NCBI GenBank assembly: GCA_963740085.1
Contig: CAVUCU010000003.1
Location: 96,001 to 160,000, forward strand
Reading direction: 5' to 3'
Length of the DNA: 64,000 nucleotides
Origin: Nitrospirota bacterium
GTDB lineage: Bacteria; Nitrospirota; UBA9217
The notes below the pieces were generated by a model that saw only the letters and a program-made list of their open reading frames with translations, was not told the origin of the DNA and did not search any database. Below are positions 37,084 to 49,243 of the stretch, one piece after another (within the stretch, counting starts at the first letter, position 1; each line of letters starts with the position of its first letter). Position numbers and translations under genes: made by a program.

Positions 37084-38010
37084 TTAATGTCCTCCTACTT
37101 GAGAGAGAAGTAACGACGGGGTCAATGTAACCTCGAAGACGATCTTGACCGTCACCACGAGCACGATCACCGCGAGGAGGATCTTGAGCTGTTCGGCCTT
37201 GAGCTTCCTGCCGAACACGGTGCCGATCTGCGCCCCTACGGTCGAACCCAGGAGCAGGAGCACGGCGAGCAGGAAGTCCACGCTGTGATTGGTGTATGCC
37301 TGGAGGAACGTGACCTCGATGCACGTGAACAGGATCTGGAACAGGCTCGTACCGACCACCACGTGCATCGGCATCCTGAGCAGGTACACCATGATCGGCA
37401 CCATCAGGAACCCGCCGCCCACGCCCATGATCGCGGCAAGAATGCCGACAAACCCGCCCAGCACGATCGGAACGAACACGGAATGAGTGATGCCCGACTT
37501 CTCGAAGTGTGTCTGAAGCGGCAGGGATTTCAGGAACCTGCCCATCGCGGATTCTTTTTCTTTCTTCACTTCTTCTCCGGCCACATCCTTTTTCTTCCTC
37601 ATGCTCTGGAGGCTCTCGATGAACATGTAGACGCCGACGATGCCGAGCATAAGGATATAGGTAATCTTGATCACGAAATCGGCATTGCCCATGGCATGGA
37701 GGAGTTTGATGACCTGAACGCCGACGATGCCGCCGATAAATCCGCCGACAAGCAGATACAGCCCCATCTTAAAGTCCACGTTCCCCACCCTCCAGTGCGC
37801 ATAGGTGCCGGACGTGGATGCCGCCACGATCTGGTTGGAATCAGTTGCCGCGGCAACCGTCGATGGTATGCCGAACATGATGAGAAGCGGCGTCAAGAGA
37901 AATCCGCCGCCTACGCCGAAGAGACCGGAAAGCAGTCCCACGGCCAGCCCGAGCCCAACGGGGATCAGGATATTGATGCTGGTCAATGCTACAGGTAGAT
38001 ACAGGTACAT
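37084..38010 (-). CDS. sulfite exporter TauE/SafE (DUF81) permease
   Basis: SGLFGVGGGFLLTP, MGVGGGFLMVP and VGTSLFQ motifs. Confidence 0.92.
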   Translation of the reverse strand: MYLYLPVALTSINILIPVGLGLAVGLLSGLFGVGGGFLLTPLLIMFGIPSTVAAATDSNQIVAASTSGTYAHWRVGNVDFKMGLYLLVGGFIGGIVGVQVIKLLHAMGNADFVIKITYILMLGIVGVYMFIESLQSMRKKKDVAGEEVKKEKESAMGRFLKSLPLQTHFEKSGITHSVFVPIVLGGFVGILAAIMGVGGGFLMVPIMVYLLRMPMHVVVGTSLFQILFTCIEVTFLQAYTNHSVDFLLAVLLLLGSTVGAQIGTVFGRKLKAEQLKILLAVIVLVVTVKIVFEVTLTPSLLLSQVGGH

Positions 38011-38072
38011 CTCGATAGCTCCTTTTCTTTATTTAAAATTTTTACTGCAAAAACCCGCAGAGCCTCTGATTC

Positions 38073-38146
38073 GGCATGGAGCAGAGCGCATGAACTCCTG
38101 TGCTTTGCTCTCTGCCCTCTGCTTTCTACTCTTTGTCCTTCGCTCC
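38073..38146. repeat. degenerate 7-mer repeat hairpin
   Basis: GGCATGGAGCAGAGCGCATG ... TGCTTTGC TCTCTGC CCTCTGC TTTCTAC TCTTTGT CCTTCGC. Confidence 0.6.
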
Positions 38147-38637
38147 TACGCCACCGCGCAGGCCTGCCTGGTCATGGTCACGATCGGCCGCGACGCTGTC
38201 CGCACAAGCCGGCTCAGATCCTTTGAAGTGACGTTCCCTGCCTCGGTAATTGCGGGGCTCAACACGACCTTATCGATACCCGCATGTTCCTTGATAAATT
38301 TTCTTATGCCTGATATCGCATCCAGACTTGTGGCATGGACATTCGCCTGAATTCCTTCGTTAAGGCATTTTTTCACAACAGTGTCTACCTCTTTTTCGTA
38401 GATGCCCTTCACGACCTGGGAAGTCATGATCTGTTGCGCCGTATCGTGCTCGCCGGCCTCGGCAAAGCTCACGGCTGTCATCATGTTTCCCAACTTATCC
38501 ATGAGTGAGCTTTGCTTCTGGACGAAAAGGAGCGTGATGTCCTCATACATAGCCTTTGCAAGCTCGATAGCGTACGAAACCCCTTCTTCCAAATTTTCAT
38601 CCCGGAAGGTGACGAACAACAACTGCCTCTTTCCCAT
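38146..38637 (-). CDS. degenerate USP-like protein with FAEAGE motif
   Basis: YAIELAK...I.LLFV, MTAVSFAEAGEHDTAQQIM and RPIVTM; AGGAGG RBS. Confidence 0.75.
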   Translation of the reverse strand: MGKRQLLFVTFRDENLEEGVSYAIELAKAMYEDITLLFVQKQSSLMDKLGNMMTAVSFAEAGEHDTAQQIMTSQVVKGIYEKEVDTVVKKCLNEGIQANVHATSLDAISGIRKFIKEHAGIDKVVLSPAITEAGNVTSKDLSRLVRTASRPIVTMTRQACAVA

Positions 38638-38681
38638 TTCTCTGCCTCCTTATGAGTAATTGGTTTCTTGCCCTGTACTAT

Positions 38682-38697
38682 TGCAGTATGAGTGCCA
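38682..38697 (-). promoter_or_regulatory. sigma54 -24/-12 promoter
   Basis: TGGCACTCATACTGCA (GG-N10-GC), with IHF-like AATCAGCATGTTA just upstream. Confidence 0.75.
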
Positions 38698-39007
38698 AGT
38701 CATAACATGCTGATTATGCTTAGTATTTTATACTGGCATGATTTTCTGTTGTTTCATATTTGAACGCAGATGAACGTTATCCGAGAGGAGAGAACGATTC
38801 CGGCAGAAGAAATGGCAAAAAACCCTTTATTAACAGACTTTCCATCCAATGGAATGAAGTTTAGCCGTCAAGAATAGCGGGGTCAAGAAAAGGCGTGGTG
38901 TTTAATTGTGAAACATGGTCTGGCTCACACAACCCGATGAGCACTTCCCTTTCGGGAAATTTGTTTGGCAGGGCAAGAAGGGGCGATATTACGCTAGAAC
39001 AATGGTC

Positions 39008-40348
<1,341 letters not shown>

Positions 40349-40362
40349 AATAGGTCCTTTTT

Positions 40363-40492
40363 TAACTGCTCAGGTTGGCCGCAAAAGAACACAAAGAGCT
40401 CAAAGAAAAAGCCAGAAAGCATGAAGTTCAGTCTTATTTCTCCCTGCGTTCCTTGCGTTCTTTCGCGGCAAAAAGTGAATTCGACTCGTTAC
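40363..40492. mobile_element. MITE-like element, family A copy 2 (inverted)
   Basis: TAACTGCTCAGGTTGGCCGCAAAAGAACACAAAG... matches the reverse complement of 5214-5348. Confidence 0.7.
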
Positions 40493-42076
40493 TCTAAGTT
40501 ATCCTGCTGCACCGGCAAAACGATCACGAACCTCGTGCCCTTGCCTGGCTCGCTTTCGGCTGCGATATCGCCGCCGTGCTTCTTGATGATATTATACACA
40601 ATAGCCAGCCCAAGACCCGTACCCTTGTCCTTGGTCGTAAAGAACGGCTCAAAGATCTTGTCCAGTGACTCCCGGGGGATCCCCCTCCCCGTATCAGCGA
40701 TCCTGACGATGACCGCTTCATCCGCCTTCTTGAGCGAAACAGAAATGTCTCCCCTCCCCTGCATGGCATCCACGGCATTCGCAAACAGGTTTCCGAAAAC
40801 CTGCTCCATCTGCCCTCCGTCCGCGGACACGACTATCTGCAGCGGGTCCGGATCAAATGAAAAACGGATGTTTCCGAGATCACGGGTGCTCCCAAGGTGC
40901 CGATAGGAGTCAGTGATCAACCCCACCAGATCCACGTCCTTGAACTGCGGATCCCTTCCCCGCGCAAACTCGAGGAGCTCTCCCACGATCCGCTTTACCC
41001 GTTCCGTCTGACCGAGGATGTCACTCACCGACTCTTTGATCTCGGTCGAACAATGCTCACCCCCTTCCTTCGCGAGCACCTGTGCCGAAAGATAGATATT
41101 GTTCAGGGGATTGTTCAACTCATGGGCCACGCCGGCGGCGAGGGTACCGATGGCGGCGAGCTTTTTGGTCTGCATCAGCTCTTTGTTCTTCCGTTCGATC
41201 TCCGACCGCCCGTTCAGCAAGCTGGTCCCCCATGGTATTGAACCGGTCTATCAGCACCCCCACCTCGTCATGGGCATTTCCCCCGGAAGAAGGGATGGAT
41301 AGGTGCGGGTAGGAACCTTTACCCGTCTTTTCCACCACATTGATCAGAAGCATCAGCCTTTTTACAACGTTCGTACTGATGAAGAAGAGTGTCCCGATTC
41401 CCACGGCAAAGAAGAGCGGGAAGAATATCAGGATCGCGATCTGCGAAACCCGGATCACGGTCTCCACTTTTTCCCGCGCCACCCTGTCGAGGTCCTTGGA
41501 AATGACCATGATATCCTCGCCGGTCTTTCTAAGTGCGGTGATCTCCGTGCCGAGTTCGCGAAGGCCCTGTACGAGCGGATGGCCAGGGGGCAGGAGAAAT
41601 ACTTTTTCGAGAAAATCCGCGGATTGGAAGGGCTGCTCGATAAATGTGGATTCAACAAGCGAGAGATATTTTGCAGTTCCTTTGAATGAAGCTTTTGTCC
41701 GGTCGAAGAGCCCCGTCACCAAGGTCGCATCTCTCCGCATCACGCTGAAGCGGCGTTCATAGTCTTTAATACTGCTCCGCAAAGACAGTTTATCAGTCTG
41801 GTCGATATCCGGGTTCTGAGCAAGGAGGGTTTTCAGTTCAGCTAGATATGCAGTGACCGCCGCGGATTCTTCGTCAGCCTTTTGAGGACTGTAGAGAAAG
41901 AAATTCTTTTCGTGCCTCCGAAGCTGGAGCGACTTGCGGCTGATCGTGTCCGTGATCTCGAGATACCGGATTTCCTTTTTGATCTCGACAAAGCTCAGAT
42001 ATTCAAATGCGGCGAGGATGGCGATGATAGCCGCGCTGATAAGAAAGCTGAGCGCTATTTTTTTCTTCAGCGACAT
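40489..42076 (-). pseudogene. sensor histidine kinase split by a 1-nt frameshift near 41210 (real or sequencing error)
   Basis: ORF 41120-42076 holds the sensor and HAMP; ORF 40489-41220 holds HisKA and HATPase. Removing one G joins LAER to RSEIERK. Confidence 0.8.
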
Positions 42077-42123
42077 AGTTCACAGTATCACAGGTAAACC
42101 GTCTCGTGCAACCATAAAAAGGG

Positions 42124-42246
42124 GTAACTACTCAGGTCAAAATCTAAGCCGCGAAAGAACGCAAGGAACGCAGAATAAATTTAAAGCTGAAATTATGATT
42201 TTTGGCTTTTTCTTTGAGTTCTTTCGCGGTAAGCCTGAACAGTTAC
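42124..42246. mobile_element. MITE-like element, family A copy 3
   Basis: Terminal inverted repeats GTAACTACTCAGG / CCTGAACAGTTAC with internal 9-mer repeats. Confidence 0.75.
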
Positions 42247-42283
42247 AAAAAAAGGCTGAAGGAACGTTCTCCTTCAGCCTTTT
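42247..42283 (-). terminator. intrinsic terminator after the USP gene
   Basis: AGGCTGAAGGA-N6-TCCTTCAGCCT with A/T runs on both sides. Confidence 0.75.
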
Positions 42284-42300
42284 GGAAACATTCTCTGCTG

Positions 42301-43155
42301 TTACGCCTTGACCACAAGCACCGGGCAGGGCGCATAGCCGATGACCCTTTCCGCCACACTTCCCATAAGAAGCCTGCGGAGGCCGGTCCTGCCGTGCGAG
42401 CCGATGACGATCATGTCGGCGGTCTGTTCCTTCGCAAGATTGGTGATCGCCTCGTCGGCCTCGGCCTCTCCAACAAAGGTTTCAGACCGAACCCCTGCCG
42501 CTTCGGCCTGTTTTTTCACCTCAGCAACGTAACCCTTTGCTTTTTTGACCAGGTCGTCCACAGCCTGAGGCGCCTCGGCATAAAATTCGGAAGGAACGTT
42601 CACAACCGAGATGACCCTGAGTTCCCCTCCATAGGACTTCGCGAAGGAGATCGCCCGTTCCATCGCTTTGACGCTGTACTTCGATCCGTCGGTCGCAAGC
42701 ACGATCTTTTTCCATCCAACAACAGTCCCGTTAGGGACGACGAGCACATCGCGCTGGGTGTGGCCGATGACCCTCGCCGTGACGCTGCCGATGAGCGCAC
42801 GCTCAATGCGGTGGAGCCCGCTCCTCCCCATAACGATCACGTCGCAGTTCTCAGCGTCGGCCAGATCCACAATGCGTTCGTGAACCTCGCCTTCTTCGCA
42901 GACCGTCTTGACGAGCATCCGCTCGGTCTTTGCGATCTTTTCAACTTCCGCGAGGGCCTCGTCGCACGGTTTCCGGAGCGCTGCCCTGATGTCTTTGATG
43001 CCAAGGAGCTCGATCTCGCCGTCATACGAGGGGACCACGGAGGTGACCGTTATCCAGCACTTTTCCTCGTTGGCCAGCTTGAACGCCTGATGGAGCGCGT
43101 TCCTGCCGGATTCAGAATTGTCAACAGCAACGAGTATCTTCCTATATCTTCCCAT
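42301..43155 (-). CDS. universal stress protein (tandem domains)
   Basis: YRKILVAVD, GRSG...LIGSVT and GSHGRTGL..LLMGSVA motifs. Confidence 0.92.
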   Translation of the reverse strand: MGRYRKILVAVDNSESGRNALHQAFKLANEEKCWITVTSVVPSYDGEIELLGIKDIRAALRKPCDEALAEVEKIAKTERMLVKTVCEEGEVHERIVDLADAENCDVIVMGRSGLHRIERALIGSVTARVIGHTQRDVLVVPNGTVVGWKKIVLATDGSKYSVKAMERAISFAKSYGGELRVISVVNVPSEFYAEAPQAVDDLVKKAKGYVAEVKKQAEAAGVRSETFVGEAEADEAITNLAKEQTADMIVIGSHGRTGLRRLLMGSVAERVIGYAPCPVLVVKA

Positions 43156-44233
43156 GCTCCAGGGCTCCCGATGCCTGCTGCAGTTTCTCTGCCTGACGAC
43201 CTTGCCAGATCGCTTTCAGAATAATGAATGCGCCGATAAAGAGCGCTGCGATCATTATACCAAAACTCGAGGTTTTTAGGAAGCTCGCGGTACCTTCGTT
43301 CAAGGTGCTGATCAGACCGAGCTTTGAAAGATATACCGGGATCATGAGCCCCCTGCTGACCAGGACGATGACCATGATCGTGCCCATGACGAACTTGATC
43401 ATGAAAGGTTTCACATAGGTGGTGCCCATGGCGCCAAGCTGAATGCCAAAGAGCGAGCCTCCCAGGATGAGCATGGCAAGCCGGATATCAACCAGACCGT
43501 GCATGGCGAACTTGAACGATCCGCCCATGCCCATCACAAAGGCAACCACAAGCTCTGTGGCCGAGGCCATCAGGCTCGGGACCCCGAGGGCGTAGATCAT
43601 GGCGGGGACGCCGATGAATCCGCCAACCGCGATCGTCGCCGCCAGCAATCCGGTCGCGATTCCGAGGGGGATGGTGAAGAGGACCGAGATCCGGGCATCC
43701 AAGCTCTTGAAATACATCATAGTATAGGGGATATTGATCGACTGCACCCACTTCGCGAGCTTGCCGACCGTTTCCTTCTCATCGGTCTTGCCCGAGCGGT
43801 AGGTCTTGATGGCATCGCGCAGCACGAAACCGCCGACAACCGCGAGGATCACGACAAATGCGGCGCTGACATACAGGTTGGAACCGGCATCGCCGAAGGC
43901 CTTCTTGATCGATTCCTGTATATGCGCGCCGTACAAGACGCCCGCCTCAGCCGAAATACCGAAGATCAGGCCGAGTTTCACGTCCACCTGGCCATACTTG
44001 AACCGCTTGATGGACCCGACAAGCGCCTTGGGAAACTTATGCGCCATGTTGCTCGCCACCGCGACAAGACCGGGTACGCCAAGGCTCATCATGGCCGGCG
44101 TAAGAACGAAAGCGCCTCCGGAACCGATAAATCCGCTCACGAGACCACCGACAAAACCCACCCCGAGCAGATAAATCACCGTAAACAGGTCAAGGTGAAT
44201 GAACTGCGCCGCATTTCCTATAAGATCAGGCAT
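43142..44233 (-). CDS. second TauE/SafE (DUF81) permease, different subfamily
   Basis: SGFIGSGGAFVLTP, AVASNMAHKF and IAVGGFIGVP; many TMs. Confidence 0.88.
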   Translation of the reverse strand: MPDLIGNAAQFIHLDLFTVIYLLGVGFVGGLVSGFIGSGGAFVLTPAMMSLGVPGLVAVASNMAHKFPKALVGSIKRFKYGQVDVKLGLIFGISAEAGVLYGAHIQESIKKAFGDAGSNLYVSAAFVVILAVVGGFVLRDAIKTYRSGKTDEKETVGKLAKWVQSINIPYTMMYFKSLDARISVLFTIPLGIATGLLAATIAVGGFIGVPAMIYALGVPSLMASATELVVAFVMGMGGSFKFAMHGLVDIRLAMLILGGSLFGIQLGAMGTTYVKPFMIKFVMGTIMVIVLVSRGLMIPVYLSKLGLISTLNEGTASFLKTSSFGIMIAALFIGAFIILKAIWQGRQAEKLQQASGALEHGKI

Positions 44234-44234
44234 C

Positions 44235-44486
44235 TTACTTTACCTCCTTTTTCTTTTTGGCCGCTTCAATTCCGAGAACCGTCCAGAAATGTCCGGTAAA
44301 AGAACCGTGTACTAGTGAAAAAAGAAGTGCGGTACCGATCGGTAAAAATGCGTACCAGCCCCCGCGGGTGAATGCGCTGCTGACCAGGTCCTGATTCGAG
44401 AACAGGGCGGTAAACAGCAGGATCGAAAAAAAACCTGAGATGAGCAATTTTCCTACCGGCTTCTTCCTTGCGATACTTTGTGCCAT
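44235..44486 (-). CDS. small two-TM membrane protein
   Basis: AGGAGG RBS; FSLVHGSFTGHFW..LGI; abuts the TauE start. Confidence 0.75.
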   Translation of the reverse strand: MAQSIARKKPVGKLLISGFFSILLFTALFSNQDLVSSAFTRGGWYAFLPIGTALLFSLVHGSFTGHFWTVLGIEAAKKKKEVK

Positions 44487-44544
44487 GATAATTCCTCCTT
44501 GCGTAGAATAGATTATTTTTTTGCGGTGTTATGCGGTGTGATGT

Positions 44545-44572
44545 TGACTCCTGACTCCTGACTCCTGACTCC
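44545..44572. repeat. perfect heptamer tandem repeat (TGACTCC)x4
   Basis: Read directly from the sequence; abuts the stop codon at 44573. Confidence 0.9.
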
Positions 44573-45076
44573 TCACGCCTTCGCCCCGTCCATAACCACG
44601 ACCAGCGGGCATTTCAGCTTCTGCCAGAGCTCCGAAAGCGTCTTGTCCCGCTTGTTGCAGTCCATGTCAAGACTTTGCGGAGACTCAATAACCGCGAAGA
44701 GAATCTCCTTTTCACTGTTCGTATAGTCGATAATCTGCTGTTTGAGACATCCGGTTCGCGGGATCATGCGGTAGGCGATGCCTTCCGCCTCGAGTTCTGA
44801 CCTGAAGTTAGAAAACAAAGGGTCGATGGTGAACTCGTCGTTGCCCGCGCCGGTAACATAGAGAATATCGAGGTCAGCACCGATCCTCTTGGAAGTATTC
44901 AATGCATACTTCAGGGTCCCGGCGTCGATCCGGCCCTCTTTGAGCGCAAGCAGGACCCTTCGCCCTTCCTTCATGATCGATCTGGCCGTCGCAGCCTGAC
45001 CTTCCTCCGCGAACGTTGCCGCCGCCAGCGCATTCTCGACGTTCTTCATTATTTTTTTTAACTTTGTCGCTTCCAT
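44573..45076 (-). CDS. degenerate USP-like protein with FAEEG motif
   Basis: AAATFAEEGQAATARSIM, YALN..KR..A.LDILYV and LKCPLVVV. Confidence 0.75.
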   Translation of the reverse strand: MEATKLKKIMKNVENALAAATFAEEGQAATARSIMKEGRRVLLALKEGRIDAGTLKYALNTSKRIGADLDILYVTGAGNDEFTIDPLFSNFRSELEAEGIAYRMIPRTGCLKQQIIDYTNSEKEILFAVIESPQSLDMDCNKRDKTLSELWQKLKCPLVVVMDGAKA

Positions 45077-45108
45077 AGCAAACCTCGTGGGATCAGTCTC
45101 CCCGGTTC

Positions 45109-45279
45109 TTAGTCGGCGCGCAGTTCTTTTCTCGCGGCTGGTCTCTTGTAATCGTACTGAGACGGCCGGTCGTTCTTCCTGTCTTCATTTATGATCTGGC
45201 GCGCGGTCTCAAATTCCCCTGCTTCCGCGAATGAAGCGGCGACCATCACTGTCTCGAATTTCTTCATTAAGGTCTTCAT
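45109..45279 (-). CDS. 56-aa protein with FAEAGE motif (not in ORF track)
   Basis: MKTLMKKFETVMVAASFAEAGEFETARQIINEDRKNDRPSQYDYKRPAARKELRAD; GGAGGG RBS. Confidence 0.8.
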   Translation of the reverse strand: MKTLMKKFETVMVAASFAEAGEFETARQIINEDRKNDRPSQYDYKRPAARKELRAD

Positions 45280-45326
45280 CGTTGTTCCCTCCTTTTCCTT
45301 TTATTTGTTTCTTTGCTATTCTCTAT

Positions 45327-45342
45327 TTCAACTCCTGTGCCA
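45327..45342 (-). promoter_or_regulatory. near-consensus sigma54 promoter
   Basis: TGGCACAGGAGTTGAA: perfect -24 box, GA instead of GC at -12. Confidence 0.55.
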
Positions 45343-45545
45343 AAACAGAACAGCGTGCTAACACCTTGACAATATGCTCTTATTGAAAGGCGGCGTCCGA
45401 TCAGTCCTCATCCACGACTGTTTTATTATGCAATGGCCTTTGGTTGAATACTCACACCATGTTGATTTTTATGATTAATTTTGTCTGTTGCATCAAAACT
45501 AAAAACGTTGTAAAATGCAACCATCTCAAAATCTCAAGGTGTTGC

Positions 45546-47555
45546 ATGAAATTCTTTAATAAATCGGAAGACAATCATCAACTATTCGTTATTGAAGAAC
45601 TTCGCCGGAAGATCTCAGAGGCTGTGCTGCCACAACCGGTACAGAAGATCGCTGAACAGGAACTCGATCTGCTGAACAGGATCAGTTCCGCGTCGGCCGA
45701 GCACACGATCGGCATTACTTACATCGACTACCTCGCTTCCCTTCCCTGGAACAAAAAGACCGAGGACAACCTTGACATGGTCCGTGCTGAGCGGATCCTG
45801 AACGAGAACCACTTCGGGTTGAACAAGATCAAGGAAAGGATCATGGAGCACCTTGCCATCAAGGTGCTTATCATGAACAGGAAGGCACGGGTCCTGATCG
45901 TCGACGACGAGGAGATCGCAAGAAAAAATCTGGCGCATATCCTGATGAAGGAAAATTACGATGTAGTCGCTGTTGCTGACGCCGAAACGGCAATCCGGGA
46001 GTTGGAGTCTTCTGAAATTGATGTAGTGCTTACCGACCTGCGCATGGGCAAGATCGACGGCATGGACCTGCTGGACCGGGTCCGGATAAAACACGCCGAC
46101 ACGAAGGTCGTTATGGTAACGGGCTATGCCACGGTCCCTTCGGCAATCGAGGCCATGCGGAAGGGCGCATTCCATTACCTGGCCAAGCCCTACAAACTCG
46201 ATGAGGTGCGCGAGACCGTAAAGCGGGCAATGGAGCAGCGGGCGCTCAAACCGAGCACCAAGGGCACCGTGCTCTGTTTCACCGGCCCTCCGGGAACCGG
46301 CAAGACCTCGCTCGGGAAATCCATCGCCCGCGCCCTTGGGAAAAAATTTACGCGGATCTCCCTCGGCGGTCTCAAGGATGAGGCCGACATTCGCGGACAC
46401 CGGCGCACCTATGTGGGCGCCAAGCCCGGCAGAGTGATCGAAGAGCTTCGCCGGGTGGAATCGGCCAATCCCGTCATCATGCTTGACGAGCTCGACAAGA
46501 TCGGTCATGACTTCAAGGGAGATCCCGCTTCGGCCCTGCTTGAAGTGCTCGACCCGGAGCAGAACCGCTCATTCACGGACCACTACCTCGATGTTCCCTT
46601 CGACCTTTCGAGCGTCATGTTCATCCTGACCGCGAACGTCCTCGACTCCATCCCCGCCCCGCTCCGCGACCGCATGGAGGTCATCAAGTTTACCGGCTAC
46701 ACGCGGGAAGAGAAGACCCATATTGCTCGGCAATTCCTCTGCGTCAAACAAATTCGGGAAAAAGGCCTCTCCCAAAACCAGGTCGTCTTCACGGATGAGG
46801 CCGTGGACAGGATCATCCAGGAATACACGCGCGAGGCCGGCATCCGGAACCTCGAACGAAGGATCGCCACGATCTGCCGGAAGATCGCCCGGGAATCGCT
46901 CCAAACCGCGGGCAGCGCGGAGATCGTGACCATAACCCCCGGGTCAGTCCAACGCTACCTCGGAAGGAGAAAGTTCCAGTTCGAAGTGATCGAAGAGCAG
47001 GACCGCGTCGGCGTGGCCACCGGACTCGTGCGCACCGAGACCGGCGGCGAGATCATCTTCGTCGAAGCCGCCCAGATGAAGGGAAACAAGGAACTCATCA
47101 TCACCGGATCCCTCGGTGACGTGATGCGCGAATCCGCCCAGGCCGCGCTCAGCTATATCCGGAGCAACGCCGGGTCCTTCGGCATTGCTGAAGACTTTTT
47201 TGAGCGCCAGGACATCCACATCCACGTACCGTCCGGCGCGATCCAGAAGGATGGCCCTTCTGCCGGCGTCACCATTCTCGCGGCGCTCCTGTCGCTGTTG
47301 ACCAAACGGCCTGCGCGCAGGGACGTGGCCATGACCGGAGAGATAACGCTGACCGGACGGATCCTCCCCGTCAGCGGCATCCGGGACAAGGTACTCGCGG
47401 CCAGGCGTGCCAGGGTCAAGATCGTGCTCGTGCCCGCGCGAAACCGGGTCGAGGTGGAAGAACTGTCCGAAGATATACGAAAGGACGTCGACATCCGGCT
47501 TGTCGACACCGTCGCTGAAGTGGTGGATTCTGTGCTTGCCGGTCATCAGAGATGA
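45546..47555 (+). CDS. lon: Lon protease lacking the N-domain, with an inserted receiver (REC) domain
   Basis: LPW...HFGL.KIKERI.E.LA, then a REC domain, then [30 protein letters not shown] and GIRDK. Confidence 0.9.
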   Translation: MKFFNKSEDNHQLFVIEELRRKISEAVLPQPVQKIAEQELDLLNRISSASAEHTIGITYIDYLASLPWNKKTEDNLDMVRAERILNENHFGLNKIKERIMEHLAIKVLIMNRKARVLIVDDEEIARKNLAHILMKENYDVVAVADAETAIRELESSEIDVVLTDLRMGKIDGMDLLDRVRIKHADTKVVMVTGYATVPSAIEAMRKGAFHYLAKPYKLDEVRETVKRAMEQRALKPSTKGTVLCFTGPPGTGKTSLGKSIARALGKKFTRISLGGLKDEADIRGHRRTYVGAKPGRVIEELRRVESANPVIMLDELDKIGHDFKGDPASALLEVLDPEQNRSFTDHYLDVPFDLSSVMFILTANVLDSIPAPLRDRMEVIKFTGYTREEKTHIARQFLCVKQIREKGLSQNQVVFTDEAVDRIIQEYTREAGIRNLERRIATICRKIARESLQTAGSAEIVTITPGSVQRYLGRRKFQFEVIEEQDRVGVATGLVRTETGGEIIFVEAAQMKGNKELIITGSLGDVMRESAQAALSYIRSNAGSFGIAEDFFERQDIHIHVPSGAIQKDGPSAGVTILAALLSLLTKRPARRDVAMTGEITLTGRILPVSGIRDKVLAARRARVKIVLVPARNRVEVEELSEDIRKDVDIRLVDTVAEVVDSVLAGHQR

Positions 47556-49079
47556 ATTACACTCCGAGCATCAGACAGAAGATAACACTCGGCTATTACG
47601 CCATCGTCGCCATGATCATCGGATTGTCCGTGTTCACCTTTCTGGAACTGCGGTACATCGAGAAGAAGATCATGTTCGGCGAGGCCATCTCGGAATTTTT
47701 CGATGCCACACTTGAGATCCGGCGCTTCGAAAAAAATTATTTCCTCTACGAGCAGCATTCGGACTACGACGAGAATATCCAATACGTGTCCCGGGCCCAG
47801 GACCTCATCGACAGCAACATCGCCGGGTTCACCTCGATAGCATCTGCTGAGCAGATGGCAAACGTACAGGAAAGTCTTAAAAAGTATAAGAACTTGATGG
47901 ACCAATACGCGAAGATCGGCAGAGCAATACACGGTACGAAAGAACCTGTTTGCCGCAGGGATCCGGACCACCGGGAAAAACATAATCACCATAGCAGAGA
48001 ATATCTCCAAGACCGAGCGGAAGAACCTTCAGCAGATCCTGAGCAGTTCCCGAAACATCCTTCTCGTCTCGATCGTGCTTCTCTCTCTGGCGGCTATCGC
48101 CATAGGCCAGATACTTTCGCGAATGGTGGTCAAACCGCTGAAATCGCTTGAGAAGAGCATGGGGGTTATAGCCGGGGGTACGTTCGAGCGAATTGCCATA
48201 AAATCCAAAGACCGTGAGATCGTCTCGCTCATGAACGCGTTCAACAAAATGTTGAAAGAGCTCGAACTGCATGAGCGGCATCTGATCCAGTCCGAGAAGC
48301 TCGCGTCCCTCGGCACCCTTCTCTCCGGCGTTGCGCATGAATTGAATAATCCCCTGTCGAACATCTCATCGTCGAACCAGATACTGATGGAGGAATTCAA
48401 GGAAGCCCTCGAGAAGCAGTCTTCGCTGCCCTGGCCGCTGGACCCCGGCTTCACCAAGGAACTGCTCTCCCAGATCAACGATCAGACGGACCGGGCCCGG
48501 AATATCGTCCGTTCACTTCTCGACTTCTCGCGGGACAGGGCGTTCAAAAAAGAATCGCTGTCGCTCAAGAACCTTTTTAACGAGACCATCCAGTTCGTGA
48601 AGGGACAGGTGCCGACGAACATAGTAATCTCCCTTTCCATACCCGAGGACATCGCGATCTTTGCGGACAAACAGCGGATGCAGCAGGCATTTTTAAATTT
48701 GATCAAGAACGCCATTGATGCGATCTCATCCGAGGAAGGGACGGTCGCCATCACGGCCGTGAAGCGCCGGGCGATGGACGACATTGAAAATGAAAAGACC
48801 GGAATCTACAACTATCTCAAGTACCGCGGAAAGTGCACGCTGGACCAGGACACGGTCGACATCGAAATACGGGACAGCGGATCCGGGATACCGCTCGATA
48901 TCATTTCGAAGATCTTCGACCCTTTTTTCACGACCAAGGATGTCGGCAAAGGCTCCGGGCTCGGCCTGTTCATTGTCCACGAGATCATCAAGGAGCATGA
49001 CGGCTGCATTGCGGTGGACAGCCATCCTGACAAAGGCACAAGGTTCCTGATACGGCTGCCGATCGGGCAAGAAGCCTGA
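47552..49079 (+). pseudogene. sensor histidine kinase split by a frameshift near 47915-47935 (real or sequencing error)
   Basis: ORF 47552 holds TM1 and the sensor. The frame of ORF 48075 holds TM2, HAMP, AHELNNPL and GSGLGL and reads open back to about 47930. Confidence 0.8.
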
Positions 49080-49190
49080 ACCACGGATGACGAAGAATTC
49101 AATTTGGACACGAAAGGCGCGAATGAGCCAATCTCACGAATAACAACCTTGTTGTTTCGTGTAATTCGACTCTTTTTGCGTCGTTCGTGG
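49080..49190. repeat. degenerate imperfect palindrome of ACGAA/TTCGT units
   Basis: CCACGGA..ACACGAA..GCGCGAA..TCACGAA ... TTCGTGT..TTCG..TTCGTGG. Confidence 0.5.
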
Positions 49191-49243
49191 CAACACATTT
49201 GATAAAGTCGCTTTTCTACCGATTTCTCTGGAGTGAGACAACC

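Noticed and set aside
41205-41215. Programmed frameshifting in the split kinases
   Set aside because: No slippery heptamer or stimulatory structure is evident, and other indels in the window point to error or decay.
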